Source of the DNA: an uncultured Flavobacteriaceae bacterium
GTDB lineage: Bacteria; Bacteroidota; Bacteroidia; Flavobacteriales; Flavobacteriaceae
Direction: 5' to 3'
Length of the DNA: 46,673 nt
Assembly (NCBI GenBank): GCA_964448645.1
Contig: CAYUZY010000001.1
Location: forward strand, 1-46,673
This document shows positions 9,056 to 18,812 of the stretch, piece after piece (positions within the stretch are counted from its first letter, which is position 1; every line of letters begins with the position of its first letter). Under the pieces are notes generated by a model. It made no database searches. It saw nothing but the letters and a program-made list of their open reading frames with translations, and was not told the origin of the DNA. The translations under genes and the position numbers were made by a program.

Positions 9056-9835
9056 ATGAAAAAAAAATTTGCATTTTTTGTTTTATTCTCTTTTTCGTCT
9101 ACTTTGATTGGACAAGATTATCTTAAAAAATTATTTAAAAAAAATAATGATTCTATTCCTTACAGAATTTTACTTCCAAAAAACTTCAGCCCAAACAAAG
9201 AATATCCATTGTTAATATTTCTTCACGGTGCTGGAGAAAGAGGAAACGATAATGAAAATCAATTATATCATGGGAGTAATTTTTTTTTAAGCTATGACTT
9301 TAGAAATACTTTTCCTTCTATAATTGTTTTCCCTCAATGTCCAAAAAATTCTTATTGGGCTAAAATAAAAGGGATTCCCAACCCAAAATATCCAACCGAA
9401 AAAGAAAGTTTTTCAAATAGCTTGCCTAATAATCCTCAATTATTAATAGTTGAATCTTTAATTTCTAATCTTGAAAAAATATATAAAATTAATCCTAATA
9501 AACGTTACATAGCTGGTTTATCAATGGGCGGAATGGGGGTCTTTGAACTAATCGCAAGAAACCCTAATTACTTTGCAGCAGGAATAGCTATTTGTGGGGG
9601 AGCAAATCTTAAATGGGCAAAGTTTTTTAAAAACACACCTCTTTGGATTTTTCATGGAATGAAAGACAATGTAGTGCCGCCAGAATTATCTATAACAATG
9701 TTTGATGTTATAAAAGCTTATAATCCTAAATCTAAATTAACCCTTTATAAAAATGTTGGGCATAATAGTTGGGACCCTGCATTGAAAGAACCTGAAATAA
9801 TGAGCTGGTTATTTAACCATAAAAAGAAAAAATAA
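9056..9835 (+). CDS. secreted alpha/beta-hydrolase (carboxylesterase / predicted peptidase family)
   Basis: Signal peptide, LIFLHGAGERG, nucleophile elbow GLSMGG, and a C-terminal HGxxD...GH pattern. Confidence 0.75.
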   Translation: MKKKFAFFVLFSFSSTLIGQDYLKKLFKKNNDSIPYRILLPKNFSPNKEYPLLIFLHGAGERGNDNENQLYHGSNFFLSYDFRNTFPSIIVFPQCPKNSYWAKIKGIPNPKYPTEKESFSNSLPNNPQLLIVESLISNLEKIYKINPNKRYIAGLSMGGMGVFELIARNPNYFAAGIAICGGANLKWAKFFKNTPLWIFHGMKDNVVPPELSITMFDVIKAYNPKSKLTLYKNVGHNSWDPALKEPEIMSWLFNHKKKK

Positions 9836-9847
9836 GCATCCCTTTCC

Positions 9848-11767
9848 TTATGATTCTAATTTAAACCTAACATTGTCAACGCTTTCCTTGGTTCCAACCA
9901 AAGTCACAATATCCCCTAATCTAAGTCTTGTGAATCCATGGGATATAAGAACTTGCCCTGCTCTCATAACTGATAAAACAATAACATCTGTAGGAAATCT
10001 CAAATCTCTTAATGTCATACCATGAATATCTCTATTTCTTATAACAACATCCACGGAATCTTGATTTTTATATAGTCCTAATAAAATAGATGTAGCATTC
10101 GGAGATCTAACAAAATGATCTAATAAATTTATCATTGCAAGTGATGGATCAATAATTCTCACTCCTAAATCAACTAATTTATCATAAATTTCTCTTTCTC
10201 CGTTATATCTAACTATAATATCTTTTGTCCCATATGAATCATATATTATTTTAGACACATCATAATTTTCTTTATCTGATAATAAACAAACAATCGCATC
10301 TGCTTTTTTAAGAGATAACTTCTCAAATGACTCTAAAGAAATATTTTTAATACTTGTAATTTCTAGATCGGAATTTTTTTCTTTATCTAAATCTGCTAAA
10401 GAAATAATTGTAGGAACCCATCCTCCTTTTTTTAAATTCATTGCAAGAGCAATTGATTGACTTTCTAAACCAAAAATCATAACATCCTTAATTCCATCAA
10501 ACTCTGGAGTTTTATGTTTTAAATGGCTTTCATTAGTAAAATTAATTGACCATTTAAACAAAGGGTCTCCAACTAATTGATTAATTACAATTATTCCTAT
10601 AATTATTGTTTGAAATTCTAAACCCCATATTGGAAATTCGGAAGCTATAATAGTTGTTAGCCCCAAAGCAACTCCTGCTTGAGAAACATATGGCATCCAA
10701 GAAATAAACAAATATGATTTGTTATCATTAGAGGCTAATACTCCAAATATTCCCCCTAGAAACATAGTGAAAATTCTTAACGAAAAAAGAGCAATAGCAA
10801 TCCAAAAAACTTGAATTAAAGTTTGAAAAGACAAAGAGGCTCCAATTAATGTAAAAAACACTATATAAATAGTTGGGCTAATAGTATGAAGAAGTTCAAT
10901 AAATTCAATTCTGTTTTTAGAATAGTTCGTTATATAAAAACTTCCAATTATACATATTAATAAAGGTTCTAATAAAATTTCATGAACAAAAAATTCTCCT
11001 GTTTTTTCTTTTACATAAAAAGAAAAAACATAGACTCCATAGCCTATAACAAGAATAAAAACACCTTTTAATAAATTAAAGGCTTCAATAGATAGAATTA
11101 AATTCAAAACTCTTCCTACTAATATCCCTAAAATAAATGAAAGGATTAATTCAGAAAAAAGAAATAGTAAAAAAATAATTCCAAATTCATCGCCATTTAG
11201 AACTGATTTAGAAACTGTAAAACAAACAGAAAATAAAATTATTACTAATACATCTTTTACTACAGTTACACCTATGGCTGTTTTCGTAAAAGGCCCATTA
11301 GCTCTTAGCTCATTTATTACCGCAATAATTGATGATGGAGATCTTGCAACAAAGATAACTCCAAATAAAATAGAAACTACAACTTTAGTGTTTTCATCTA
11401 AACCATTCATAAAAGGGATATTTGAAGCAAAAAAATAAATAACCCCTGCGCTTAATATTAGTGTAACAAAAAGCTGGCCAATAGTCATCCATTTTATACT
11501 TGAAATTCTACTTCTTAAATCTTTTATATATAATTCTGCTCCTGCTGAAAAAGCAATTATTGCCAAAGCAATGCTGTTAAGAAAATTTAGTTTTGGTAAT
11601 GTTTCAGATGGAATAAAATTTAAAAAAGATGAGCCTGCGATTATTCCTGTAACTATTAAACCTGTTACTAATGGGAATTTAATCTTTTGGAAAAATTTTG
11701 CTATTTGATTCCCCGCTATGGCAACCATTCCAAAACCAATTAAAAGAATCAAAAACTCTAAATACAT
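9848..11767 (-). CDS. cation:proton antiporter (Na+/H+ exchanger family) with C-terminal RCK/TrkA-C regulatory domains
   Basis: About 400 aa of 11-13 TM helices followed by a soluble region with a TrkA-C-like ending (LRLGDIVTLVG). 639 aa. Confidence 0.8.
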   Translation of the reverse strand: MYLEFLILLIGFGMVAIAGNQIAKFFQKIKFPLVTGLIVTGIIAGSSFLNFIPSETLPKLNFLNSIALAIIAFSAGAELYIKDLRSRISSIKWMTIGQLFVTLILSAGVIYFFASNIPFMNGLDENTKVVVSILFGVIFVARSPSSIIAVINELRANGPFTKTAIGVTVVKDVLVIILFSVCFTVSKSVLNGDEFGIIFLLFLFSELILSFILGILVGRVLNLILSIEAFNLLKGVFILVIGYGVYVFSFYVKEKTGEFFVHEILLEPLLICIIGSFYITNYSKNRIEFIELLHTISPTIYIVFFTLIGASLSFQTLIQVFWIAIALFSLRIFTMFLGGIFGVLASNDNKSYLFISWMPYVSQAGVALGLTTIIASEFPIWGLEFQTIIIGIIVINQLVGDPLFKWSINFTNESHLKHKTPEFDGIKDVMIFGLESQSIALAMNLKKGGWVPTIISLADLDKEKNSDLEITSIKNISLESFEKLSLKKADAIVCLLSDKENYDVSKIIYDSYGTKDIIVRYNGEREIYDKLVDLGVRIIDPSLAMINLLDHFVRSPNATSILLGLYKNQDSVDVVIRNRDIHGMTLRDLRFPTDVIVLSVMRAGQVLISHGFTRLRLGDIVTLVGTKESVDNVRFKLES

Positions 11768-11900
11768 AAAATTTTTTATTTTCTAAATATAAGCAAAGCT
11801 TAGATAAATTATTATAATAAAAAATTAAGAATTCATTTTATAATTGCTGTTATTAATTTGTTTAAATAGTTAATATTAAATTAGCAAAAAAAACGATCTT

Positions 11901-12893
11901 ATGATGTCAAATAAATCTTTATTAATTTTTCTTTCTTTTTTTATATTATCAAATTGTAATACCAATTCAACTAAGCATATAGGGTCAATTGAAGTTTTAG
12001 ATGATAACGCTTCTCATTTTATTTCTTCATCAAATAAAATTGAAGTTCTAGCGTCTGGGTTCAGTTGGTCTGAAGGTCCTGTTTGGTCCTCAAAACTAAA
12101 TGGAGTTATTTTTACTGATGTTCCTGAGAATAAAGCTTATTTATGGACAGAAAAAAATGGCTTAAATATATTTTTAGACCCTAGCGGAAAAACTGGTTAT
12201 CCAAAAAATTCTGCTAACGGTGGGGCTAATGGATTAATAATTAATTCTGCCGGGGATTTAATTATCTGTCAGCATGGAGATCGTAGAATAGCTAAATTAA
12301 AAGATTGGCCCTCTGATAATCCTGTATTTGAAACCATTGTTGACAACTACAAAGGTAATACTTTTAATAGCCCTAATGATCTTGCTATATCTAAAGACGG
12401 CTCTATTTATTTTACAGATCCTCCATATGGATTACCCAATCAAGACCTTGACAGTTTAAAAGAAATTAATTTTAATGGCGTTTATAAGTTCAAAGACAAT
12501 AAAATTAAATTATTAATTAATAATTTAACCCGGCCAAATGGCATCGCTCTTTCAAAAGACGAAAAGCTTCTTTATGTTGCAAATTCTGACAAAAATATTC
12601 CTATAATCAATGTTTATGAAATTTCTAATGACACTTTAGTTAATGAAAAGATATTTTTTGACGGATCGAAACTTGCTAAAACAAAAAAAGGATTATTTGA
12701 TGGTTTAAAAGTGCATTCCTCGGGAACAGTTTTTGCCACTGGCCCAGGAGGTGTTTTAATAATTGATTCTAATGGAAAACATCTTGGAACAATAAACCCA
12801 GGGAGTAGAGTTGCTAATTGCGCTTTTGATGAAAAAGAAGATTTTCTTTATATGACTTCTGATAATAATTTAACCCGAATTAAAATCAATTAA
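11901..12893 (+). CDS. SMP-30/gluconolactonase/LRE family protein, lipoprotein
   Basis: Lipobox LSNC, then WSEGPVW, SPNDL, FTDPPYG and RPNGIAL beta-propeller motifs. Confidence 0.8.
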   Translation: MMSNKSLLIFLSFFILSNCNTNSTKHIGSIEVLDDNASHFISSSNKIEVLASGFSWSEGPVWSSKLNGVIFTDVPENKAYLWTEKNGLNIFLDPSGKTGYPKNSANGGANGLIINSAGDLIICQHGDRRIAKLKDWPSDNPVFETIVDNYKGNTFNSPNDLAISKDGSIYFTDPPYGLPNQDLDSLKEINFNGVYKFKDNKIKLLINNLTRPNGIALSKDEKLLYVANSDKNIPIINVYEISNDTLVNEKIFFDGSKLAKTKKGLFDGLKVHSSGTVFATGPGGVLIIDSNGKHLGTINPGSRVANCAFDEKEDFLYMTSDNNLTRIKIN

Positions 12894-13744
12894 TGACACT
12901 TTATCCTATTGAAGCTGGAAATTTTAAATTGGACGGTGGGGCTATGTTTGGAGTAGTTCCCAAGTCTTTATGGGAAAAAACCAATCCTGCCGATAATAAC
13001 AATAAAATTGAGATGGCAACAAGATGTTTGTTGATCGAAGATGGAAAAAGCTTAATATTAGTGGATACTGGATTTGGAAATAAACAAAGTGAAAATTTTT
13101 TTAGTTACTATGATTTATGGGGAAACTACTCCATTGATAATTCATTAAAAAAATATGGGTTTAATAAAAATGACGTTACTGATGTTTTCTTTACTCATTT
13201 ACATTTTGATCATTGTGGAGGAGCTATTGAAAGAAAAAAAGACGGAACCCTTTCTCCTAAATTTAAAAATGCTGTTTTTTGGGTTCATGAAGATCATTGG
13301 AATTGGGCTAAAAATTCAAATGCAAGAGAAAAAGTGTCTTTTATTCCCGAAAACATTAATCCAATTAAAGACAGTGGTCAGCTAAAGTTTATTCAAGGTA
13401 AAGGTCCAATAATAAAAAATGAAAATTTTTCATTTGATATTCTTACTTTTGACGGGCATACTGAAAAACAAATGCTTCCATTATTAAACTATAAAAATAA
13501 AACTTTGGTTTTTGCTGGTGATCTAATTCCAACCGCTGGACATATTCCAGTCCCATACATAATGGGTTATGACACAAGGCCCTTGAAGACCCTTGAGGAA
13601 AAATCTCTTTTTCTTGAAAAAGCTTTAAAAAACGATTATCTTTTGTTTATGGAGCATGATGCAAACAATGAATTAATCTCTTTAAAAAAAACTGAAAAAG
13701 GAGTTCGTTTTAAAAAGAGTTTTAAATTTGATTCTTATTTCTAG
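12893..13744 (+). CDS. MBL-fold metallo-hydrolase
   Basis: HLHFDHCGG zinc motif. 283 aa. Its start overlaps the previous stop (TAATG). Confidence 0.85.
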   Translation: MTLYPIEAGNFKLDGGAMFGVVPKSLWEKTNPADNNNKIEMATRCLLIEDGKSLILVDTGFGNKQSENFFSYYDLWGNYSIDNSLKKYGFNKNDVTDVFFTHLHFDHCGGAIERKKDGTLSPKFKNAVFWVHEDHWNWAKNSNAREKVSFIPENINPIKDSGQLKFIQGKGPIIKNENFSFDILTFDGHTEKQMLPLLNYKNKTLVFAGDLIPTAGHIPVPYIMGYDTRPLKTLEEKSLFLEKALKNDYLLFMEHDANNELISLKKTEKGVRFKKSFKFDSYF

Positions 13745-13757
13745 AAATATAATTGTT

Positions 13758-15317
13758 ATGTATAATAATCTGTACGCCCTTCTTTTTTTATTTTTATTTA
13801 TAAAATGTGGCACATTAAAGCTTTCCAACGAACCTTTAATAATAAATCCTCAAAATCCTGGCAAAGAACAAATAGATGAAAACCAAAAAAAGAATTGGTT
13901 TCTTTTAGATTTAAATAAAGATAGTATTCCAGGAATGAGTGTTAATAGAGCAAAGGAAGAGCTGTTAAAAGATAATAAAGGAGCTTCTGTTATAGTTGCT
14001 GTTATAGATTCAGGTGTTGATATAGAGCACCCTTTAATTTCTGGGTCTACATGGATAAATAAAAAAGAAATTCTTGAAAATAATATTGATGATGATAAAA
14101 ATGGATATATAGATGACATAAATGGATGGAATTTTTTAGGAAAATCTAATAAAGAGAACATGGAATATGTTAGGCTTATTAAAAACACTTCCAAAAATGA
14201 CTCTCTTTACAATATTTATTTAAATGAAATCGATGAAGTAAGGAATACTTCAAATCAAAGAATTGAAAGAAGTAAAGATCTTTTAAAAAAACACACTAAA
14301 TATGATAGCATAATCCGTTCCGCTTTAAATAAAAGTTCATATTCTATAAATGAAGCTGAAAAAATAAATTTTAAAACATTAGATGTTCTTGATGCAATTG
14401 ATTTTATGAAATTTTTTGAAAAAAACAGTTTGAGTATTGAAAGGTTAGAGGGTGCAATTAAATATTATAAAGACAGATTAAAATATCACATAAATTTAGA
14501 TTTCGAAGGCAGATCAATTGTAGGCGATGATCCAAATAATATTTATGATTCAAATTATGGAAACCAAAACGTTATTGGTCCAAATAAAGATTCTGCAGAT
14601 CATGGGACACATGTTAGCGGTATTATTGTATCTATTTATGATAACGTAAAAATTATGCCCTTAAGAGCGGTTCCTGATGGAGATGAATATGATAAGGATA
14701 TAGCTTTAGCAATAAGGTATGCTGTAAATAATGGTGCTAAAATTATAAATACAAGCTTTGGCAAATCATATTCCCCCCATTCTAATTGGGTATATGACGC
14801 TATTAAATATGCTTCAAAAAAAGATGTTTTAATTGTAAATGCCTCAGGAAATGATTCTGAAAATATAAACCCCGGGTTAAATAAAACCTTTCCTAATGAT
14901 GAAATTAATGGAAAAGAAATTTCAAACAATCTGATTAATGTTGGAGCTTCTACATATATGTATAATGAAAAGCTTCCTGCTTACTTTACTAATTTTGGGT
15001 CTATTAACGTAGACCTTTTTGCTCCTGGTTATCAAGTTTACTCTTCTGTTCCAAATAATAATTATAAATATAACAGTGGTACTTCTATGGCTGCACCAAG
15101 TGTTTCTGGCGTTGCAGCTATAATTAGATCTTTCTATCCTAATCTTAAAGCTTCAACAATTAAAAAAATTCTTCTTGAATCCGGAATACCTATGTACAGA
15201 TCTTTATATAGCCCGGAATCTCAAGAAATAGTTTCTCCAGAAGCTTTATCTAAATCAGGAAAAATTGTTAATTTGTATAATGCTTTATTGCTTGCTTCAA
15301 TAACAAAACAAAAATGA
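13758..15317 (+). CDS. S8 family (subtilisin-like) serine peptidase, lipoprotein
   Basis: Catalytic triad contexts AVIDSGVD, HGTHVSG and SGTSMAAP. I prefer ATG 13758 (MYNNLYALLFLFLFIKCG, a signal peptide with lipobox) over the overlapping TTG 13728. Confidence 0.88.
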   Translation: MYNNLYALLFLFLFIKCGTLKLSNEPLIINPQNPGKEQIDENQKKNWFLLDLNKDSIPGMSVNRAKEELLKDNKGASVIVAVIDSGVDIEHPLISGSTWINKKEILENNIDDDKNGYIDDINGWNFLGKSNKENMEYVRLIKNTSKNDSLYNIYLNEIDEVRNTSNQRIERSKDLLKKHTKYDSIIRSALNKSSYSINEAEKINFKTLDVLDAIDFMKFFEKNSLSIERLEGAIKYYKDRLKYHINLDFEGRSIVGDDPNNIYDSNYGNQNVIGPNKDSADHGTHVSGIIVSIYDNVKIMPLRAVPDGDEYDKDIALAIRYAVNNGAKIINTSFGKSYSPHSNWVYDAIKYASKKDVLIVNASGNDSENINPGLNKTFPNDEINGKEISNNLINVGASTYMYNEKLPAYFTNFGSINVDLFAPGYQVYSSVPNNNYKYNSGTSMAAPSVSGVAAIIRSFYPNLKASTIKKILLESGIPMYRSLYSPESQEIVSPEALSKSGKIVNLYNALLLASITKQK

Positions 15318-17143
15318 AATATAATTTCTTTTTATTAATTCTTTTATTTTTTTCTCTTTTTACTTTATCAGGACAAACATACTGGCAACAAAAGGCTGAT
15401 TATAAAATGTCTGTAAAAATGGATGTTAAAACATTTCAATATAAAGGGAACCAAATAATTAATTACACAAATAATTCCCCCGACACATTAAATAAAGTTT
15501 TTTTTCATCTTTTTTTTAATGCTTTTCAGCCTGGGAGTGAAATGGCGGTTAGAATTAAGTCTGGGGCAGATGCTAACGCTCGTTTTAAAGTAGATATAGA
15601 CACTCTTAAACCAAAGGATTTTGGAAGATTATCCGTTTTAAACCTTAAACAAGACGGCGTTTTAATTGAGCCCGAATTATCTGGCACAATCCTTGAAGTC
15701 CCATTAAATAAGCCAATTAGCCCAAATCAATCAACCCTTTTCTCAATGGATTTTTCTGGACAAGTCCCTTTCATGGTTAGAAGAGCAGGAAAAAACTCAA
15801 AAGAAAATGTGGCGCTTTCAATGGCTCAATGGTTTCCTAAATTAGCTGAATATGATTATGATGGTTGGAATGCTGAACCATACTTGGGCAGAGAATTTCA
15901 CGGTGTTTGGGGAAACTATGATGTTGAACTTTTTATTGATAAAAAATACACTGTTGCGGCAAGCGGTATTCTTCAAAATCCTGAAGATGTTGGTCACGGA
16001 TATTCTAAAACTAAAAAAGGCAAATCTAAAAAAGGGTTATTAAGGTGGCATTTTATAGCAAATAATGTTCATGATTTTACTTGGGGGGCAGACCCCGATT
16101 ACATTCATGATATATATCCTGGGCCAAATAATGTTACCCTTCATTTTTTCTATAAAAATGACAAAGAAATTATTGAAAACTGGAAAAACCTTCAACCAAA
16201 AACTGCAGAGTTAATGAATTTTTTTAATAATACTATTGGGCCCTACCCTTACGATCAATATAGTGTTGTTCAGGGCGGAGATGGTGGTATGGAGTATGCT
16301 ATGTTAACTTTAATAACTGGAGGTAGCGATTTTGATGGCCTTTTAGGGGTTACCTCTCATGAACTTGCCCATTCTTGGTTTCAACATGTCCTCGCTACTA
16401 ACGAAATGAAACATGAGTGGATGGACGAAGGGTTTACATCATATATTGCTACAATTGCAAAAAATGTTGTAAATGAAGAGAGTAATTATTTTCCTCTAGA
16501 AAGGTATTATGTTGATTACATAGACCTTGCTTTATCTGGCAAAGAAGATCCTCAAATGACAAATGCTAACAGGTATAAATATAATATAGGTTACGAATAT
16601 AGTGCTTATAGAAAAGGTGCTGTTTTTCTTAGTCAGCTTGGTTATATAATTGGAGAAAAAAATTTAGCTAAAACCTTAAAAGAATATTATAAAGAATTTA
16701 AATTTAAACATCCTACTCCAAACGATTTTAGAAGAGTTGCCGAAAGAGTTTCTCAAATTCAACTTAAATGGTATTTAACTGACTGGACTCAAACAACAAA
16801 AACTATTGATTATAATATTAAGAGTGTCATTAATAAAGAAAACACCTCAAAAATTACTCTAGAAAGGATTGGTGAAATCCCAATGCCTTTAGATTTACTA
16901 ATAAATTTTGATGACGGCAGTCAAGAAATTTATTATATTCCTATTCCTTTAATGAGAGGAGAAAAAGAAAACCCATACTTAATTGAATGGTCTATATTAA
17001 AAGATTGGCCTTGGGCTTTTCCCGAATACAGTTTTGAAATTAATACCAAAGAAAGAAAAGTTTCTTCTATAATTATTGACCCCACAATGCTAATGGCTGA
17101 TATAAATAGAGAAAACAACCTTTACCTTTCAGAAAAACAATAA
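15314..17143 (+). CDS. M1 family metallopeptidase (aminopeptidase N-like), secreted
   Basis: Signal peptide, HELAHSWF followed by WMDEGF (HEXXH-18-E). 609 aa. Confidence 0.88.
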   Translation: MKYNFFLLILLFFSLFTLSGQTYWQQKADYKMSVKMDVKTFQYKGNQIINYTNNSPDTLNKVFFHLFFNAFQPGSEMAVRIKSGADANARFKVDIDTLKPKDFGRLSVLNLKQDGVLIEPELSGTILEVPLNKPISPNQSTLFSMDFSGQVPFMVRRAGKNSKENVALSMAQWFPKLAEYDYDGWNAEPYLGREFHGVWGNYDVELFIDKKYTVAASGILQNPEDVGHGYSKTKKGKSKKGLLRWHFIANNVHDFTWGADPDYIHDIYPGPNNVTLHFFYKNDKEIIENWKNLQPKTAELMNFFNNTIGPYPYDQYSVVQGGDGGMEYAMLTLITGGSDFDGLLGVTSHELAHSWFQHVLATNEMKHEWMDEGFTSYIATIAKNVVNEESNYFPLERYYVDYIDLALSGKEDPQMTNANRYKYNIGYEYSAYRKGAVFLSQLGYIIGEKNLAKTLKEYYKEFKFKHPTPNDFRRVAERVSQIQLKWYLTDWTQTTKTIDYNIKSVINKENTSKITLERIGEIPMPLDLLINFDDGSQEIYYIPIPLMRGEKENPYLIEWSILKDWPWAFPEYSFEINTKERKVSSIIIDPTMLMADINRENNLYLSEKQ

Positions 17144-17472
17144 TTATAGCATTAAATAAGTTAAAAAAAAAGACTTCTTTTGATATCCTATTTAAGTTAG
17201 GTAAGAGATTTAATGCTAAACATCTTTCTGTTATTTCTTTAAAAAACAAAAAAAAATCATCTTTTTATTACGCTGTAACAGTGTCAAAAAAAAATATTTC
17301 TCTTGCTATAAATAGAAATAAAATAAAAAGAAGAATGAGGCAGGCTATTATAGAATTATATTCAAACTTTAACCTGAGCCATAGTTCAAACATCTTTATC
17401 TATAATTCAAAAGAAACTTTAGAGTTCAAGGAAATACAAAAAGAAATTTACCTTTTATTAAAAAAATTATAA
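17143..17472 (+). CDS. rnpA: ribonuclease P protein component; no canonical start codon (ATT/ATA start or coupled reinitiation inferred)
   Basis: The frame is open from 17110. Translation of 17161 onward gives LKKKTSFDILFKLGKRFNAKHLSVISL...VSKKNISLAINRNKIKRRMRQ, the full RnpA pattern. The track ORF (GTG 17281) keeps only the C-terminal half. The only start-like codons upstream are ATA 17140, ATT 17143 and ATA 17146. Confidence 0.7.
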   Translation: MIALNKLKKKTSFDILFKLGKRFNAKHLSVISLKNKKKSSFYYAVTVSKKNISLAINRNKIKRRMRQAIIELYSNFNLSHSSNIFIYNSKETLEFKEIQKEIYLLLKKL

Positions 17473-17475
17473 ATT

Positions 17476-17928
17476 TTACGAAAAATACATAGCGCAATGA
17501 GGAATTCCGTCTTCTAAATAATTCTCTCCTTTAAAGACAAAGCCGCAATTTTCATAAAATTTTTGCAAATGTTTTTGTGCTGATATTTTAATTGTTTTTC
17601 CTGCATACTTTTCTTTACAAACTTCTATTAGTTTTTTTACTAATTTATATCCTAATTTTTTTTCTCTATCTTTTTTTCTAATAACAATTCTTGTAATTGA
17701 AGTATAGCTTTTATAGTAATCATTAGGTTTTAATATTCTCCCATATGCTATACAATTATGACCCTCGTCTAAAGAATATATATGTGTTGCTTTTTTGTCT
17801 TTTTCATCAATATCTAAATACGCGCATTTTTGTTCTAAAACAAATACTTCCGATCTAAGTTTTAAAATTGAATATAAAATATTAGCATCTAATTGATTGA
17901 AGTTTTTTATATTCCAAATTATTGACAT
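17476..17928 (-). CDS. GNAT family N-acetyltransferase (ElaA-like)
   Basis: 150 aa. LRSEVFVLEQKCAYLDIDEKD and the acetyl-CoA site region RKKDREKKLGYKL. Confidence 0.8.
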   Translation of the reverse strand: MSIIWNIKNFNQLDANILYSILKLRSEVFVLEQKCAYLDIDEKDKKATHIYSLDEGHNCIAYGRILKPNDYYKSYTSITRIVIRKKDREKKLGYKLVKKLIEVCKEKYAGKTIKISAQKHLQKFYENCGFVFKGENYLEDGIPHCAMYFS

Positions 17929-18350
17929 GGTATTTTTTCTATTCTTTTTTGATGCCTCCCTCCTTCAAATTCTGTAGTTAAAAAAACTTCTATAATTTCT
18001 ATAGTCTTTTTAATAGACAAAAACCTTGCAGGCAAACTTATAATGTTTGCATCATTATGTAGCCTTGATAATTTTGACAATTCTACATTCCAACATAACG
18101 CTGCTCTTATTTTTTTATGCTTATTTGCGGTCATCGCAGCCCCATTTCCACTTCCACAAATTATTATCCCTTTTAAAGCTTTTTTTCTATTTACATCACT
18201 TGCAACAGGATGAATATAATCTGGATAATCTACACTTTCTTCTGTATTCGTTCCATGATTAATTATTTCTATTTTTTTATTTTTTAAGTAATTTATAATT
18301 TCTTTTTTATGCTCTACTCCTGCATGATCATTTCCTATACTTATTGTCAT
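17919..18350 (-). CDS. rpiB: ribose 5-phosphate isomerase B
   Basis: 143 aa. IGNDHAG, ICGSGNG and RLHNDANI motifs of RpiB/LacAB. Confidence 0.9.
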   Translation of the reverse strand: MTISIGNDHAGVEHKKEIINYLKNKKIEIINHGTNTEESVDYPDYIHPVASDVNRKKALKGIIICGSGNGAAMTANKHKKIRAALCWNVELSKLSRLHNDANIISLPARFLSIKKTIEIIEVFLTTEFEGGRHQKRIEKIPCQ

Positions 18351-18809
18351 TTTTTTTTTTTAGTAAGTTAATAACATCTGTTCAATTGTTTATCTCTTTT
18401 TTATTTTATGTTAATACTTTTTTATTTTATTTTTTTTTTGTTTTTGTTTTTTTTTTAATAATCTTTTTATTTAATTCCTTGTTATTTTATTTTTTTTTCT
18501 TTTTACATTTTAGTAACAATAATTTAATGTTTCTTAACATTTTTTTTTCTTTTTAAATAAAAAGTTATCTTCTTTTTTTTTTATAAACTAATGTTTATAT
18601 CTCTTTTAATCTTTTGTTTTTTAGATATTTAAATTGTTTATTATAATAGATAATCTGTTATTAATATATAATTAATTAATAATACAATTTTTTGTTATGA
18701 TTTTTATATATGATTTTAACACCCCACTATATATATACATCTATTTTATTAATAATATATAATAAGTTAAATATGTTTAAATGTTATTAAGATCATCTTT
18801 ATTGTAAAT
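18351..18809. other. 459-bp non-coding, extremely AT-rich divergent spacer; the first ~250 nt are strongly T-biased on the + strand
   Basis: Runs of 8-12 T with almost no G/C from 18351 to about 18600, then mixed AT. The only ORF here (18344-18556) is a poly-Phe translation artefact. Confidence 0.8.
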
Positions 18810-18812
18810 TTG
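18805..18812 (+). promoter_or_regulatory. -7 promoter box (TAAATTTG) for rnr
   Basis: TAAATTTG at 18805-18812. The TTG 18810 used as the start in the ORF track is the end of this box. Confidence 0.4.

Noticed and set aside
18344-18556. A 70-aa ORF in the rpiB/rnr spacer.
   Set aside because: It is a translation of poly-T DNA (FFFF/LFYF repeats) with no protein-like features.
18351-18809. Whether the AT-rich spacer is the replication origin, given that mnmG/gidA lies nearby.
   Set aside because: I found no TTATCCACA/TGTGGATAA DnaA boxes, not even a cluster of near-matches. There is no dnaA or dnaN in the window and no obvious switch in gene orientation.
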